This document shows positions 48,980 through 58,108 of a stretch of 64,000 bases of DNA, piece by piece. Source of the DNA: an uncultured Candidatus Saccharibacteria bacterium (GTDB lineage Bacteria > Patescibacteriota > Saccharimonadia > Saccharimonadales > Saccharimonadaceae); assembly GCA_938033875.1 (NCBI GenBank), contig CALHKG010000015.1, positions 16,393-80,392 of the forward strand. Reading direction: 5' to 3'. The translations under genes were made by a program, and so were the position numbers. Position 1 is the stretch's first letter, and every line of letters begins with the position of its first letter. The notes under the pieces were generated by a model. It did no database searches. It was given only the letters and a program-made list of their open reading frames with translations, and was not told where the DNA came from.

Positions 48980-51493
48980 ATGAAAGTTAGCTTAAATCTT
49001 ATAAAACAATTGATTAATTTTGAGTTGCCGTCAGTTGACGAGTTGGTGTCGCGGGTAAATCAGCAACTTGGTGGTGTCGAGGAAGTGATTGATCTGAAGG
49101 CCAAATATGGTGGCGCGCGCATTGTGCGGGTTGTTGAATGCGAAAAACATCCGAATGCGGATCGTTTGAGCGTGACTAAAATTGACGATGGTGGCGTAGC
49201 GGACGCTCCAAGGGATGGCAATGGTTACGTGCAAGTAGTTTGCGGTGCGCCGAATGTTCATGCTGATATGTGGGCAATTTGGTTGCCGCCAAAAAGCACC
49301 GTCCCAGCAAGTTTTGATGACGCCGAGCCGTTCGTGCTGGATGCGCGACCGCTGCGTGGAATTCTAAGCCAGGGCATGCTGGCGGCGGCTGACGAGCTGG
49401 CGATTGGTACGGATCACGAGGGAATTATTGAGATCAATGAGCGTGATATTCCGGCTGGCGTTACACTTCAGGCTGGTGCGAGCTTTGCGGAAGTGTTTGG
49501 GCTGGATGATTACGTGCTGGAAATTGAAAATAAGATGTTTACGCACAGGCCGGATTGTTTTGGGCAACTCGGTGTGGCGCGCGAAATTGCTGGCATTTTT
49601 CATCAGCAGTTTAATAGTCCTGACTGGTATAATGCTATTCAAGAATTCGCAGATAGCGATGGCTTAGAGCTTGAAGTGTTTAATGAAGCCAATGAGCTTG
49701 CACCCGCATTCTCTGCGATTGCTATAAAAAATGTAGATATTCATCCAAGCCCGTTGTGGTTGCGATGTCAATTAGTTGCAATGGGCGGAAAGCCAATTAA
49801 CAATATTGTTGACGCAACGAATTATGTGATGTTTATGACGGCGCAGCCGACTCATGCTTATGATTATGACAAGTTGCGCGGGCATAAACTCGGCGTGCGA
49901 ATGGCGCATGATGGCGAAAAAGTTGGTTTGCTTAACGGCAAGGAATATGAATTGACGGCTGACGATATTGTGATCGCTGACGGCGAAGGTGTGATTGGGC
50001 TAGCGGGAATTATGGGCGGCGTTGATACGGAAGTTTCGGCTGAAACGAAGAATATTGTCCTTGAATGTGCCAATTTTGATATGTACGCGCTACGTCGTAC
50101 GGCTATGCGTCACGGAATTTTTACAGATGCGCTGACCCGTTTCAATAAGGGACAGTCGCCAGCACAAATTGACCCTGTCTTAAAATGGTTAATTGGTATG
50201 GTTGGTGGTGAGCAAGCTAGTCCTACGCTATTTAAGAATCATTCTTCATTGCGACAAGTGTTGGTCGATGGTAAGCACTGGTACGGTGGATTGTTGATTC
50301 CTAAAAGGTTTGTCGAAGAACGTCTGGGTGTTGACTTTGCCGAGAATGAGATTGAGACACTACTAAAGAATGTTGAATTTATCGTTGACGATGGTAATAA
50401 ATATGACGAAGCTGGCGTGATGGTTTACAGTCCATTTTGGCGAACAGATATTGAGCTTCCTGAGGATATTGTTGAGGAAGTTGGGCGATTATACGGCTTT
50501 GATAGACTGCCGCGCCATTTGCCAGAGCGAAGCATTAAGCCTGCGCCGAAGAATGAGTGTCGTGAATTGAAACAGAGAATTCGCCAAAGTTTGTCGCGAG
50601 CTGGAGCGAACGAAGTTTTGACGTATAGTTTCGTTCATGAGCGAGTTTTGAAAAATTCCGAGCAAGATCCGAGCCGTGCGTATCGCTTGAGCAATGCGCT
50701 TAGTCCAGACTTGCAATATTACCGAATTAGCATTTTGCCGAGTTTGCTGGATAAAGTTCACGCCAATATAAAATCTGGACATGACGAATTTATGCTGTTT
50801 GAAATTGGTAAAATTCACGATAAAAAATTAGGATTTAACGATGAGAATTTGCCGATTGAAAAGACTTTCATTGACGGAGTTTATGCGAATAAAAAACCTC
50901 AAGTTGGCGCGCCGTTTTACAAGGTGAGAAAAATTGCTGAAAGGCTGATGAAGGATTTGAGTGTTGAGGTTGATTTTGTGAAGATTACGGAATCTGACAG
51001 CGACGTTCCAGCGCCATTTGATGCGAAACGCAGCGCTTGGATTGTGGCGAATAACGGCGACAATTTGGGGATTGTTGGCGAGCTGGTTTCATCTGCTCGA
51101 CGCAACTTCAAATTGCCAGATTACACGGCAGCGTTTTCTATTGATATTGAAAAATTGCAGAAAAATCTGAGTAAAAATCAGGGCTATAATTACCAGCCGT
51201 TAAGTCGTTTTCCGTCGACTGCCAGAGACATTTCATTGAAAATGGATTCGAATGTTGATTATGCGAAGGTTTATGCTTGCGCTGAAGAAGTTGCGAAAAA
51301 ACACGGTGAGTTACAAATTAGTATAACGCCGATTGCGATATATCAGCCAAAAAATGACGATTCGACAAAAACTGTAACTTTGAATGTAAAATTTACGAGC
51401 ACTGAGCGGACGCTGGAAGATAAAGATATTGCGCCGATTATTGAGGAGATTGCCGCGATGGCTGCGGAAGAATTCGACGCCGCTCAGGTTTAA
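48980..51493 (+). CDS. pheT: Phenylalanine--tRNA ligase beta subunit
   Basis: 837 aa. N-terminal tRNA-binding OB domain (CEKHPNADRLSVTKID), B3/4, B5 and C-terminal FDX-ACB domains. Confidence 0.95.
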   Translation: MKVSLNLIKQLINFELPSVDELVSRVNQQLGGVEEVIDLKAKYGGARIVRVVECEKHPNADRLSVTKIDDGGVADAPRDGNGYVQVVCGAPNVHADMWAIWLPPKSTVPASFDDAEPFVLDARPLRGILSQGMLAAADELAIGTDHEGIIEINERDIPAGVTLQAGASFAEVFGLDDYVLEIENKMFTHRPDCFGQLGVAREIAGIFHQQFNSPDWYNAIQEFADSDGLELEVFNEANELAPAFSAIAIKNVDIHPSPLWLRCQLVAMGGKPINNIVDATNYVMFMTAQPTHAYDYDKLRGHKLGVRMAHDGEKVGLLNGKEYELTADDIVIADGEGVIGLAGIMGGVDTEVSAETKNIVLECANFDMYALRRTAMRHGIFTDALTRFNKGQSPAQIDPVLKWLIGMVGGEQASPTLFKNHSSLRQVLVDGKHWYGGLLIPKRFVEERLGVDFAENEIETLLKNVEFIVDDGNKYDEAGVMVYSPFWRTDIELPEDIVEEVGRLYGFDRLPRHLPERSIKPAPKNECRELKQRIRQSLSRAGANEVLTYSFVHERVLKNSEQDPSRAYRLSNALSPDLQYYRISILPSLLDKVHANIKSGHDEFMLFEIGKIHDKKLGFNDENLPIEKTFIDGVYANKKPQVGAPFYKVRKIAERLMKDLSVEVDFVKITESDSDVPAPFDAKRSAWIVANNGDNLGIVGELVSSARRNFKLPDYTAAFSIDIEKLQKNLSKNQGYNYQPLSRFPSTARDISLKMDSNVDYAKVYACAEEVAKKHGELQISITPIAIYQPKNDDSTKTVTLNVKFTSTERTLEDKDIAPIIEEIAAMAAEEFDAAQV

Positions 51494-51551
51494 TGCGATT
51501 TGTTGCGCTTGATAAAAATTGCTATAATTGAAAGGTAAATAAAGGAGGAAT

Positions 51552-52229
51552 ATGGCAACTACAAAAGGCCAGAGAATAGGTATTTGGGTTATTGCCGGCA
51601 TGATGTTTTTGGGGACCGTTGGCGGATTTGTCGCTATGATGGTAGCTCCTGGAAATGAGGCCAAGGACCAAGCCGCGCTTAAGAAAGCTCAGGATGAATA
51701 CACCAAGGCTACTAACGAGCGAAAAAAGAAAGTAGAGGCTCAGGCTAATGAATTGAGCCAAAAATATTACGGCAAGTTTTCTGAGTTTAGCTCACGAGTT
51801 GGTGCGTTTGAAGCCGGTGACGTGAAAGAGCTTGTTAAGGAAGATTTGGTTGAGGGCGAAGGCGCTGAGGTTAAGGATGACACCAAATTGGCTGTTTATT
51901 ACATTGGCTGGAACGCTAAGGGTGAGATTTTCGATCAATCAATTGCTGACGGCAAATTGAAAGCTCCGCTCAATATGGATGGTCCGGCAAATACTGCAGT
52001 CATTCAGGGTTGGAAAGAGGGCTTGATTGGTATGAAAATTGGCGGCGTGCGCGAACTAACAATTCCAGCCAACAAGGCTTATGGCGACAAATCTCAGGGC
52101 GATAAAATTCCTGCAAATTCTCCACTTAAGTTCGTGGTGATGGCTATTGAAAAGCCAGCCGATATTCCAGAACCGGAAATGCCAGAAGTGATGAAGCAAT
52201 ATTATCGATCGCGAGGTTTCAATGTCTAA
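51552..52229 (+). CDS. FKBP-type peptidyl-prolyl cis-trans isomerase, membrane-anchored
   Basis: N-terminal TM. FKBP core (YIGW...G..FD.S, GWKEGLIGMKIGGVRELTIPANKAYG). Confidence 0.85.
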   Translation: MATTKGQRIGIWVIAGMMFLGTVGGFVAMMVAPGNEAKDQAALKKAQDEYTKATNERKKKVEAQANELSQKYYGKFSEFSSRVGAFEAGDVKELVKEDLVEGEGAEVKDDTKLAVYYIGWNAKGEIFDQSIADGKLKAPLNMDGPANTAVIQGWKEGLIGMKIGGVRELTIPANKAYGDKSQGDKIPANSPLKFVVMAIEKPADIPEPEMPEVMKQYYRSRGFNV

Positions 52230-53154
52230 AGATGTTATTATTGTTGGCGCTGGTCCAAGCGCGTTAACGGCGGCAATTTACTTGTCGCGCGAAGATGTCG
52301 ACACGACATTATATGAACGCGGCGTGGTCGGCGGAATGGCGGCGATTACTGATCAAATTGACAATTATCCTGGATTTGCCGAGGGCGTTACGGGAATGAA
52401 ATTGGCGTCTGAATTGCAACAACAAGCGGAGCGGTTTGGCGCGAAGATTGAGTATGGCGACGTGACGGAATTGAAGCAAGTTGATGGCGAGTTGGAATTG
52501 ACTGTTGACGGTCAAGCTGTTCGCGCGAAGTCGGTTTTATTGGCGACTGGCTCGAATTATCGCAAATTAGGCGTTCCGGGCGAAGATGAATTATATGGTC
52601 GAGGCGTGCATTACTGTGCGACTTGCGACGGTGCGTTTTATCGTGATAAAAATCTAATCGTTGTTGGTGGCGGAAACTCAGCGGTGCAAGAGGCGATATT
52701 TTTGACGCGATACGCTAGTCATATTGATCTGTTGGTTCGCAGTAAATTGCGCGCCAGTGACATCTTGCAAAAAGATTTGCAGAAGTATGTCGATGATGGA
52801 AAAATTACCGTTCACATCGGTGCAACGACTGATGAAATTATTGTCAAGGACGATAAGTTTTACGGCGTTAAATCGACCCAAAACGGCGAGCAGAAAGAAT
52901 TTACCGCTGACGGATTGTTTGTGTTTATTGGGCTAATTCCGAACACGCAATTCCTGATAAACTCGGATGTTGAGTTGGATTTAGGCGGACACATCATTAC
53001 TGACGAACATCTGCACACTAATATTCCTGGCGTTTTTGCTTCTGGCGATGTGCGCTCGGGGGCAACTATGCAAATCGCTTCGGCGGTTGGTGAAGGCGCA
53101 GTAGCTGCGGTGCAGATTCGTGAATATTTACAAGAAAAAGCCAGAGAGGAGTAA
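52222..53154 (+). CDS. trxB: Thioredoxin-disulfide reductase
   Basis: 310 aa. GAGPSALTAA FAD motif, redox CATCDG, GGGNSAVQEA NADPH motif. Confidence 0.92.
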   Translation: MSKDVIIVGAGPSALTAAIYLSREDVDTTLYERGVVGGMAAITDQIDNYPGFAEGVTGMKLASELQQQAERFGAKIEYGDVTELKQVDGELELTVDGQAVRAKSVLLATGSNYRKLGVPGEDELYGRGVHYCATCDGAFYRDKNLIVVGGGNSAVQEAIFLTRYASHIDLLVRSKLRASDILQKDLQKYVDDGKITVHIGATTDEIIVKDDKFYGVKSTQNGEQKEFTADGLFVFIGLIPNTQFLINSDVELDLGGHIITDEHLHTNIPGVFASGDVRSGATMQIASAVGEGAVAAVQIREYLQEKAREE

Positions 53155-53157
53155 AAA

Positions 53158-53688
53158 ATGGCAGATTTTAATCAAATTTTAACACCTGGTGATGTCGAAA
53201 ATGGCATCATAAATGTAGTTGTTGAGACTCCACAGGGATCAAGTCATAAGATTGAGTGGAATCGTGAGCTTGCAGTGATGCAGTTGGACCGTGTTGAGCC
53301 AGCTATTTTTGCAAAGCCAACAAACTACGGTTTCATTCCACAAACTTTGGACGAGGACGGCGATGAATTGGATGCGCTAATTATTACCGACGAACCATTG
53401 ACGACTGGTATTTTTATGGAAGCAAAAGTTATCGGCGTGTTGGAATTTGTTGATGATAATGAAGTTGACGACAAGGTTATCGTTGTGCCAGCCGACGACC
53501 GAAACACTGGCAACGCAATCAACTCACTAGAAGATCTACCTTCACAATTGTTGAAGCAAATTGAACACCATTTCAATCACTACAAGGACTTGAAGAAGCC
53601 TGGCTCAACTGTAGTTAAGGGCTTCGGCGACGTAGAAAGGGCAAAGCAAATCATCCGCGAGTCAATTACTCGTTGGAACGAAAAATAA
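53158..53688 (+). CDS. ppa: Inorganic pyrophosphatase (family I)
   Basis: 176 aa. DGDELDALI and YGFIPQT motifs. Confidence 0.92.
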   Translation: MADFNQILTPGDVENGIINVVVETPQGSSHKIEWNRELAVMQLDRVEPAIFAKPTNYGFIPQTLDEDGDELDALIITDEPLTTGIFMEAKVIGVLEFVDDNEVDDKVIVVPADDRNTGNAINSLEDLPSQLLKQIEHHFNHYKDLKKPGSTVVKGFGDVERAKQIIRESITRWNEK

Positions 53689-53730
53689 ATCACGTTTGAT
53701 TATTGATTAAAACCGAGAGACTGGCGAGCG

Positions 53731-55248
53731 TTACTTGTGTCGAAAGAACGAGGAAACGCCGCCAGTTAATTGTTGTAAGATGCCGTTTGAGCGGGACAAT
53801 TGTAGGCGTAATTTATCTTTGGCGTGTGGTGTGATTATGACGTCCCGCCAATCTGGTTTCGGGCGAGCGGATTTGCTTGTTAAGACTTCAATTGTGTCGC
53901 CGTGCTGTAATTTGTAATTGAACGGCTTCATTACGCCATTGATCTTAAATCCGCTTGCGCGCGCCGCGATGTCGGAGTGAATTCGGTAGGCATAATCCAA
54001 AGGAAACGCTCCGCGAGGCAAATCATAAATGTCGCCCTTTGGTGAATATACGAAAATCCTATCAGAAAACAGCTTCATTCGGAATTTGTTGGAGTCGAAT
54101 CGCTTTCCTTCGCTAATTAAAGCAGCGGCTTCTTGAAGTTCGCGAATCCATGACAAATCGGCTGGCATAGTTCCGATTTTTCCTTTTTTATAGGCGTCGG
54201 TCAATTTTTGCTCATTATAATGGAAGCTGGCCGCTAATCCGCGCTCGGCATATTCGTGCATTTCTTTGGTGCGAATCTGGAATTCAACAATTTGTCCGCT
54301 CGGAGTTTGTACGGTTGTGTGAAGACTTTGATATCCATTTGGTTTTGGATTGGCAACGTAATCTTTAATCCTCTCATACATCGGCTGATACATCTCGTGT
54401 AGAATTCCCAAAACCAGATAGCCGGTCGATAAATCATCAACAATTATTCTTAGGGCAATCAAATCATAAATCTTATCGATATCGCCAACTTTGTCCAATT
54501 TCTTAAACAGACTATAAACGCTCTTAACACGCCCGTCCATCTGAAAAACTAGCTTTTCCGCCTTCAGTCGCGCTTCAACTTCGCGGCGAACGTGATCCAA
54601 TTTTCGTTGCGATTTTTTCAGTCGACTGTCCATCAAATTTTTGGTTTCTTGAAAAGCTTTCGGCATCAAATATCTAAAACTCAGCTCCTCCAATTGAACG
54701 CGAACTCGTCCCATGTTTAAGCGGTCGGCCAGCGGCGCAAAAACTTCAATTGTCTCTCTGGCAATTTTTTTCTGCTTTTCTGGCGTCATAAATTGCAGCG
54801 TTCGCATATTGTGCAGGCGGTCGGCTAGCTTGATAATTATCACGCGCACATCTTCGCCCACGGCAATCATCAACTTGGTCAAATTGTCCTTGGTGTGTGA
54901 TAAATAACTATCCAAATTTCGCATTCCGGCGCGAGCTTGTGAAACTTTAGTTACGCCATCCACCAGAAACGCCACATCGCGTCCAAACAAACTCTCCAAA
55001 TCGTCCAAAGTTGCGTCGGTATCTTCAACGGTGTCGTGTAAAACTCCCGCCACAACCGTATCGATGTCCATGCCCCATTCAATCAGAATTCCCGCCACCG
55101 CCAATGGGTGATTAATGTAGGGTTCGCCACTTTTGCGCTTTTGTCCAGCGTGCTTTTCCGTGGCGTAATCGATTGCGCTCGCTAAAACTAATACTGGCAC
55201 TTCGTCGTATTTTTGTTCAGCAATTGACAATAACTCTTCGCGCGTCAT
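53731..55248 (-). CDS. rel: Bifunctional (p)ppGpp synthetase/hydrolase, short form (HD-Synth-TGS, no ACT/RRM)
   Basis: HD (HPLAVAGIL...LHDTVEDT), synthetase (YQSLHTTV, EFQIRT), TGS (VYSPKGDIYDLPRGAFPLDYAYRIH). Start ATG 55248 lies 6 nt after TATAAT on the minus strand. The longer ORF to 55470 overlaps gap and is rejected. Confidence 0.9.
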   Translation of the reverse strand: MTREELLSIAEQKYDEVPVLVLASAIDYATEKHAGQKRKSGEPYINHPLAVAGILIEWGMDIDTVVAGVLHDTVEDTDATLDDLESLFGRDVAFLVDGVTKVSQARAGMRNLDSYLSHTKDNLTKLMIAVGEDVRVIIIKLADRLHNMRTLQFMTPEKQKKIARETIEVFAPLADRLNMGRVRVQLEELSFRYLMPKAFQETKNLMDSRLKKSQRKLDHVRREVEARLKAEKLVFQMDGRVKSVYSLFKKLDKVGDIDKIYDLIALRIIVDDLSTGYLVLGILHEMYQPMYERIKDYVANPKPNGYQSLHTTVQTPSGQIVEFQIRTKEMHEYAERGLAASFHYNEQKLTDAYKKGKIGTMPADLSWIRELQEAAALISEGKRFDSNKFRMKLFSDRIFVYSPKGDIYDLPRGAFPLDYAYRIHSDIAARASGFKINGVMKPFNYKLQHGDTIEVLTSKSARPKPDWRDVIITPHAKDKLRLQLSRSNGILQQLTGGVSSFFRHK

Positions 55249-55318
55249 ATTTATATTATACAACTTTGTAGTATAATTAAGAAAAGCTAAAGCGAAAATA
55301 TCTAACAGGGAGGGCGAT

Positions 55319-56341
55319 ATGGCTGTAACGAGAATAGCAATTAACGGCTTCGGGCGAATCGGACGCAATGCGTTTAAGATTGCTAACGAGCGAAGCGACT
55401 TGGAGATTGTCGCGATCAATGATTTGACTGACACGAAAACTTTGGCGTATTTGTTGAAGCATGATAGCAATTACGGTGAGTACGGACGTCAAGTTGATTT
55501 TACGGAAAACGAGCTGATTATTGAGGGTAAGTCGGTTAAGGTGCTGGCTGAGAAAGATCCAGAAAATCTGCCGTGGCGAGATTTGAATATTGATGTGGTG
55601 ATTGAATCGACAGGATTTTTCACTGATAAAGATGGCGCGGGCAAGCACTTAACGGCTGGCGCAAAGCGTGTAGTTATCAGTGGTCCGACGAAGTCTGAGG
55701 GAGTCGATACGATTGTTCTGGGAACTAACGATGACAAGGTAAAAAATGCGACGCCAATCGTATCTAACGCTAGTTGTACGACCAATTCTTTGGGTGCGGT
55801 TATGGCGATTTTGGACGCGGAGTTTGGCGTTGAAAAGTCAATGCTAACGACGGTACATAGTTATACGGCTAGCCAAAAGCTTCAGGATGCGCCATCCAAG
55901 GATCTTAGAGAAGGTCGTAACGCCGCCGAAAACATTGTCCCGACTACGACTGGCGCCGCAATTGCTGTAACTAAAACCTTGCCGCAGCTAACTGGAAAAT
56001 TTGACGGACTTAGTGTGCGCGTACCGACTCCAGTTGTGTCGCTTAGCGACGTGACGGCGCTTCTCAGGGAAGATGTGACTGTCGAGCAGGTAAATGACGC
56101 GTTCAAAAAAGCCGCTCAGAGTAATTTCTATCAAGGCATTTTGGGTGTTTCTGAAGAACCTTTGGTGAGTCGCGACTTCATTGGCAATTCATATTCTGGA
56201 ATTGTCGACCTTCCATTAACGAAGGTAGTTGGCGGTAATTTGATCAAGGTTATGGTCTGGTATGACAATGAATGGGGCTATTCGAACCGGCTGGTTGAAC
56301 TGGTGGCGGATGTGGCGTATTATCTGAAAAAGAGTGAATAA
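55319..56341 (+). CDS. gap: Glyceraldehyde-3-phosphate dehydrogenase
   Basis: 340 aa. INGFGRIGR, active site SNASCTTN, WYDNEWGYS. Confidence 0.96.
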   Translation: MAVTRIAINGFGRIGRNAFKIANERSDLEIVAINDLTDTKTLAYLLKHDSNYGEYGRQVDFTENELIIEGKSVKVLAEKDPENLPWRDLNIDVVIESTGFFTDKDGAGKHLTAGAKRVVISGPTKSEGVDTIVLGTNDDKVKNATPIVSNASCTTNSLGAVMAILDAEFGVEKSMLTTVHSYTASQKLQDAPSKDLREGRNAAENIVPTTTGAAIAVTKTLPQLTGKFDGLSVRVPTPVVSLSDVTALLREDVTVEQVNDAFKKAAQSNFYQGILGVSEEPLVSRDFIGNSYSGIVDLPLTKVVGGNLIKVMVWYDNEWGYSNRLVELVADVAYYLKKSE

Positions 56342-56365
56342 GGACATCTTCCAAAAAGGAAATAA

Positions 56366-56388
56366 CCCCGCACCGTGACAGTGCGGGG
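56366..56388 (-). terminator. Intrinsic terminator of cassette B
   Basis: CCCCGCAC-7 nt-GTGCGGGG. On the minus strand it is followed by TTATTTCCTTTTT. Confidence 0.7.
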
Positions 56389-56451
56389 ACGCCAGATCTT
56401 GACGATTTTACAGACATTTATTGTCTCGCGCCTCTGCTGGCGCGGAGCATC

Positions 56452-56784
56452 TCAGCCGCGGCGTCGACGAATCTTGTCGACGATCACCATCGCGATGGCG
56501 ATTACGAGGAAGACGATCGCCATATAGGCGGGAGCGTCATACACTATCGTCGATAGTGATGATAATCCGGGGTAATACGGGTAATACGGTACCCCCGATG
56601 CCCTCATCTCTTCCAGTTCCATCCACGCACTCAGGATAAGTGCGAGGTGGATTGCGGCGAAGTCGGCTGCCGCGAACATGCTTGCTGCGACCAGTCGGTG
56701 ACGGTACAGCGCTGTGACTGAGGTCACAAACATACCGGCGATCAGAGTGATAGCTACGACTACAGCCAAAGCAGTGGTGGGCAT
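56452..56784 (-). CDS. Hypothetical small membrane protein (cassette B, high GC)
   Basis: 110 aa, 3 TM, YYPYYP loop, RRRRG tail. 34/60 G+C in line 56461-56520. Own promoter, ~100-nt structured leader, AGGAGG SD and terminator. Confidence 0.5.
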   Translation of the reverse strand: MPTTALAVVVAITLIAGMFVTSVTALYRHRLVAASMFAAADFAAIHLALILSAWMELEEMRASGVPYYPYYPGLSSLSTIVYDAPAYMAIVFLVIAIAMVIVDKIRRRRG

Positions 56785-56891
56785 GATTTATCCTCCTAGG
56801 GAAGATCTTGAGGTGCGGCCTTTCAAAACCGCGACCTCAACCGGGGTGAACTCCCCGGGAGTTGCTTTTCACGGTTTGAAAAGCTAATATA

Positions 56892-56920
56892 TATATATCA
56901 TACAAGCCACGAAATGTCAA
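56892..56920 (-). promoter_or_regulatory. Promoter of cassette B (TTGACA-N17-TATATA)
   Basis: Reverse complement reads TTGACA (56920-56915), 17-nt spacer, TATATA (56897-56892). Followed by 5' hairpin GCTTTTC-aaaccgt-GAAAAGC (56864-56884). Confidence 0.55.
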
Positions 56921-56973
56921 TACTTTTTGTCAAATAGCTACATCCTACCTCTGATAAAATACCTAACTTTCCC

Positions 56974-57002
56974 TTGCAAAAAACATCGAAAACGCTTATA
57001 CT
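56974..57002 (+). promoter_or_regulatory. Promoter of the rpiB operon (TTGCAA-N17-TATACT), ATG 6 nt downstream
   Basis: TTGCAA 56974-56979, TATACT 56997-57002, ATG 57009. Confidence 0.55.
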
Positions 57003-57008
57003 AAAATT

Positions 57009-57461
57009 ATGAAAATCTACCTCGGATCTGACCATCGTGGCTTTATGTTGAAGGAAAAAGTTTTTGCCTATTTGGTTAAGAATGGCTATGACGTGCAAGA
57101 CGTTGGCGGTGTAGAATTAAATCCTGATGACGATTTTCCGCAATTTGCGCAGGCGGCGGCGTTGAAGGTCATTGGTGATGATAGCAAGGATCCGCGCGCG
57201 ATATTAATTTGCGGCGGCGGTCAAGGAATGTGTATGGCGGCTAACCGATTCAAAGGAATTCGTGCCAGCGTGATTTGGGATGCGTTTGAGGCAAAAATGA
57301 CGCGCCAAGATAACGACTCGAATGTTCTATGTTTGCCAGCGCGAGTTTTGGAAGACAATGAATCAGCGTGGAAAGGAATTGTGGAAACGTGGCTGAACAC
57401 TCCTTATGCGAATGCTCCGCGATTTAATAGGCGTAATGCGCAGTTGGATGAATTGTCATGA
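57009..57461 (+). CDS. rpiB: Ribose-5-phosphate isomerase B
   Basis: 150 aa. RpiB/LacAB motifs (GSDHRGF, ICGGGQGMCMAANR). Confidence 0.92.
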   Translation: MKIYLGSDHRGFMLKEKVFAYLVKNGYDVQDVGGVELNPDDDFPQFAQAAALKVIGDDSKDPRAILICGGGQGMCMAANRFKGIRASVIWDAFEAKMTRQDNDSNVLCLPARVLEDNESAWKGIVETWLNTPYANAPRFNRRNAQLDELS

Positions 57462-58108
57462 GCAGTTCTGTAATTGCACCAGCAATTTTGGCAGAAAATG
57501 CCGAACAATACAAAGAGCAGGTTGATAAAATAACGGGTTTTGCTGAGCGTGTGCATATTGACATTTCTGATGGCGAATTTGCTCCGACATTGACAGTTGG
57601 CATTCCTGAATTATGGGCACCGGAAGGTTGGACGATTGATATCCATGCGATGGTTAATGATGTTGCTGAGTATGTTCCGAAGTTGATTGCCTTAAGACCG
57701 CACATGATTATTATTCACGCGGAGGCGACGGGAGATGTGAAGACCGCGCTTATGCAGATTCGTCAAGCTGGAATTATGGCGGGATTAGCACTACTAAAGC
57801 CAACGGTTCCGCGAACGGTTGAGGAATTGATAAAAATAGCAGATCATGTGATGATTTTTAGCGGTGAGCTGGGGCGATTTGGCGGAACTGCTAGTCTTAT
57901 GCAGCTGGAAAAAATACGACTTATTAAAGCTATTAATCCTAGTGTTGAAATCGGTTGGGACGGTGGAGTGGCGGTAGATAATGCGTACAGTTTGGTTCAG
58001 GGCGGCGTTAACGTTCTGAACGTTGGCGGTGTTATTCAGAAATCGTCAGATCCGCGCACCATTTTCTCCAGATTGCAACAGGAGATTAATAAAACGAGCG
58101 TGCTTTAA
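57458..58108 (+). CDS. rpe: Ribulose-phosphate 3-epimerase family protein
   Basis: 216 aa. APAILA...HIDISDGEFAP, TIM-barrel pattern, 4-nt overlap with rpiB. Confidence 0.78.
   Translation: MSSSVIAPAILAENAEQYKEQVDKITGFAERVHIDISDGEFAPTLTVGIPELWAPEGWTIDIHAMVNDVAEYVPKLIALRPHMIIIHAEATGDVKTALMQIRQAGIMAGLALLKPTVPRTVEELIKIADHVMIFSGELGRFGGTASLMQLEKIRLIKAINPSVEIGWDGGVAVDNAYSLVQGGVNVLNVGGVIQKSSDPRTIFSRLQQEINKTSVL

Noticed and set aside
55249-55470. N-terminal 74-codon extension of the rel ORF.
   Set aside because: It would overlap the gap coding region and its promoter. ATG 55248 is preceded by TATAAT at the standard 6-nt distance, and the HD domain begins shortly after it.
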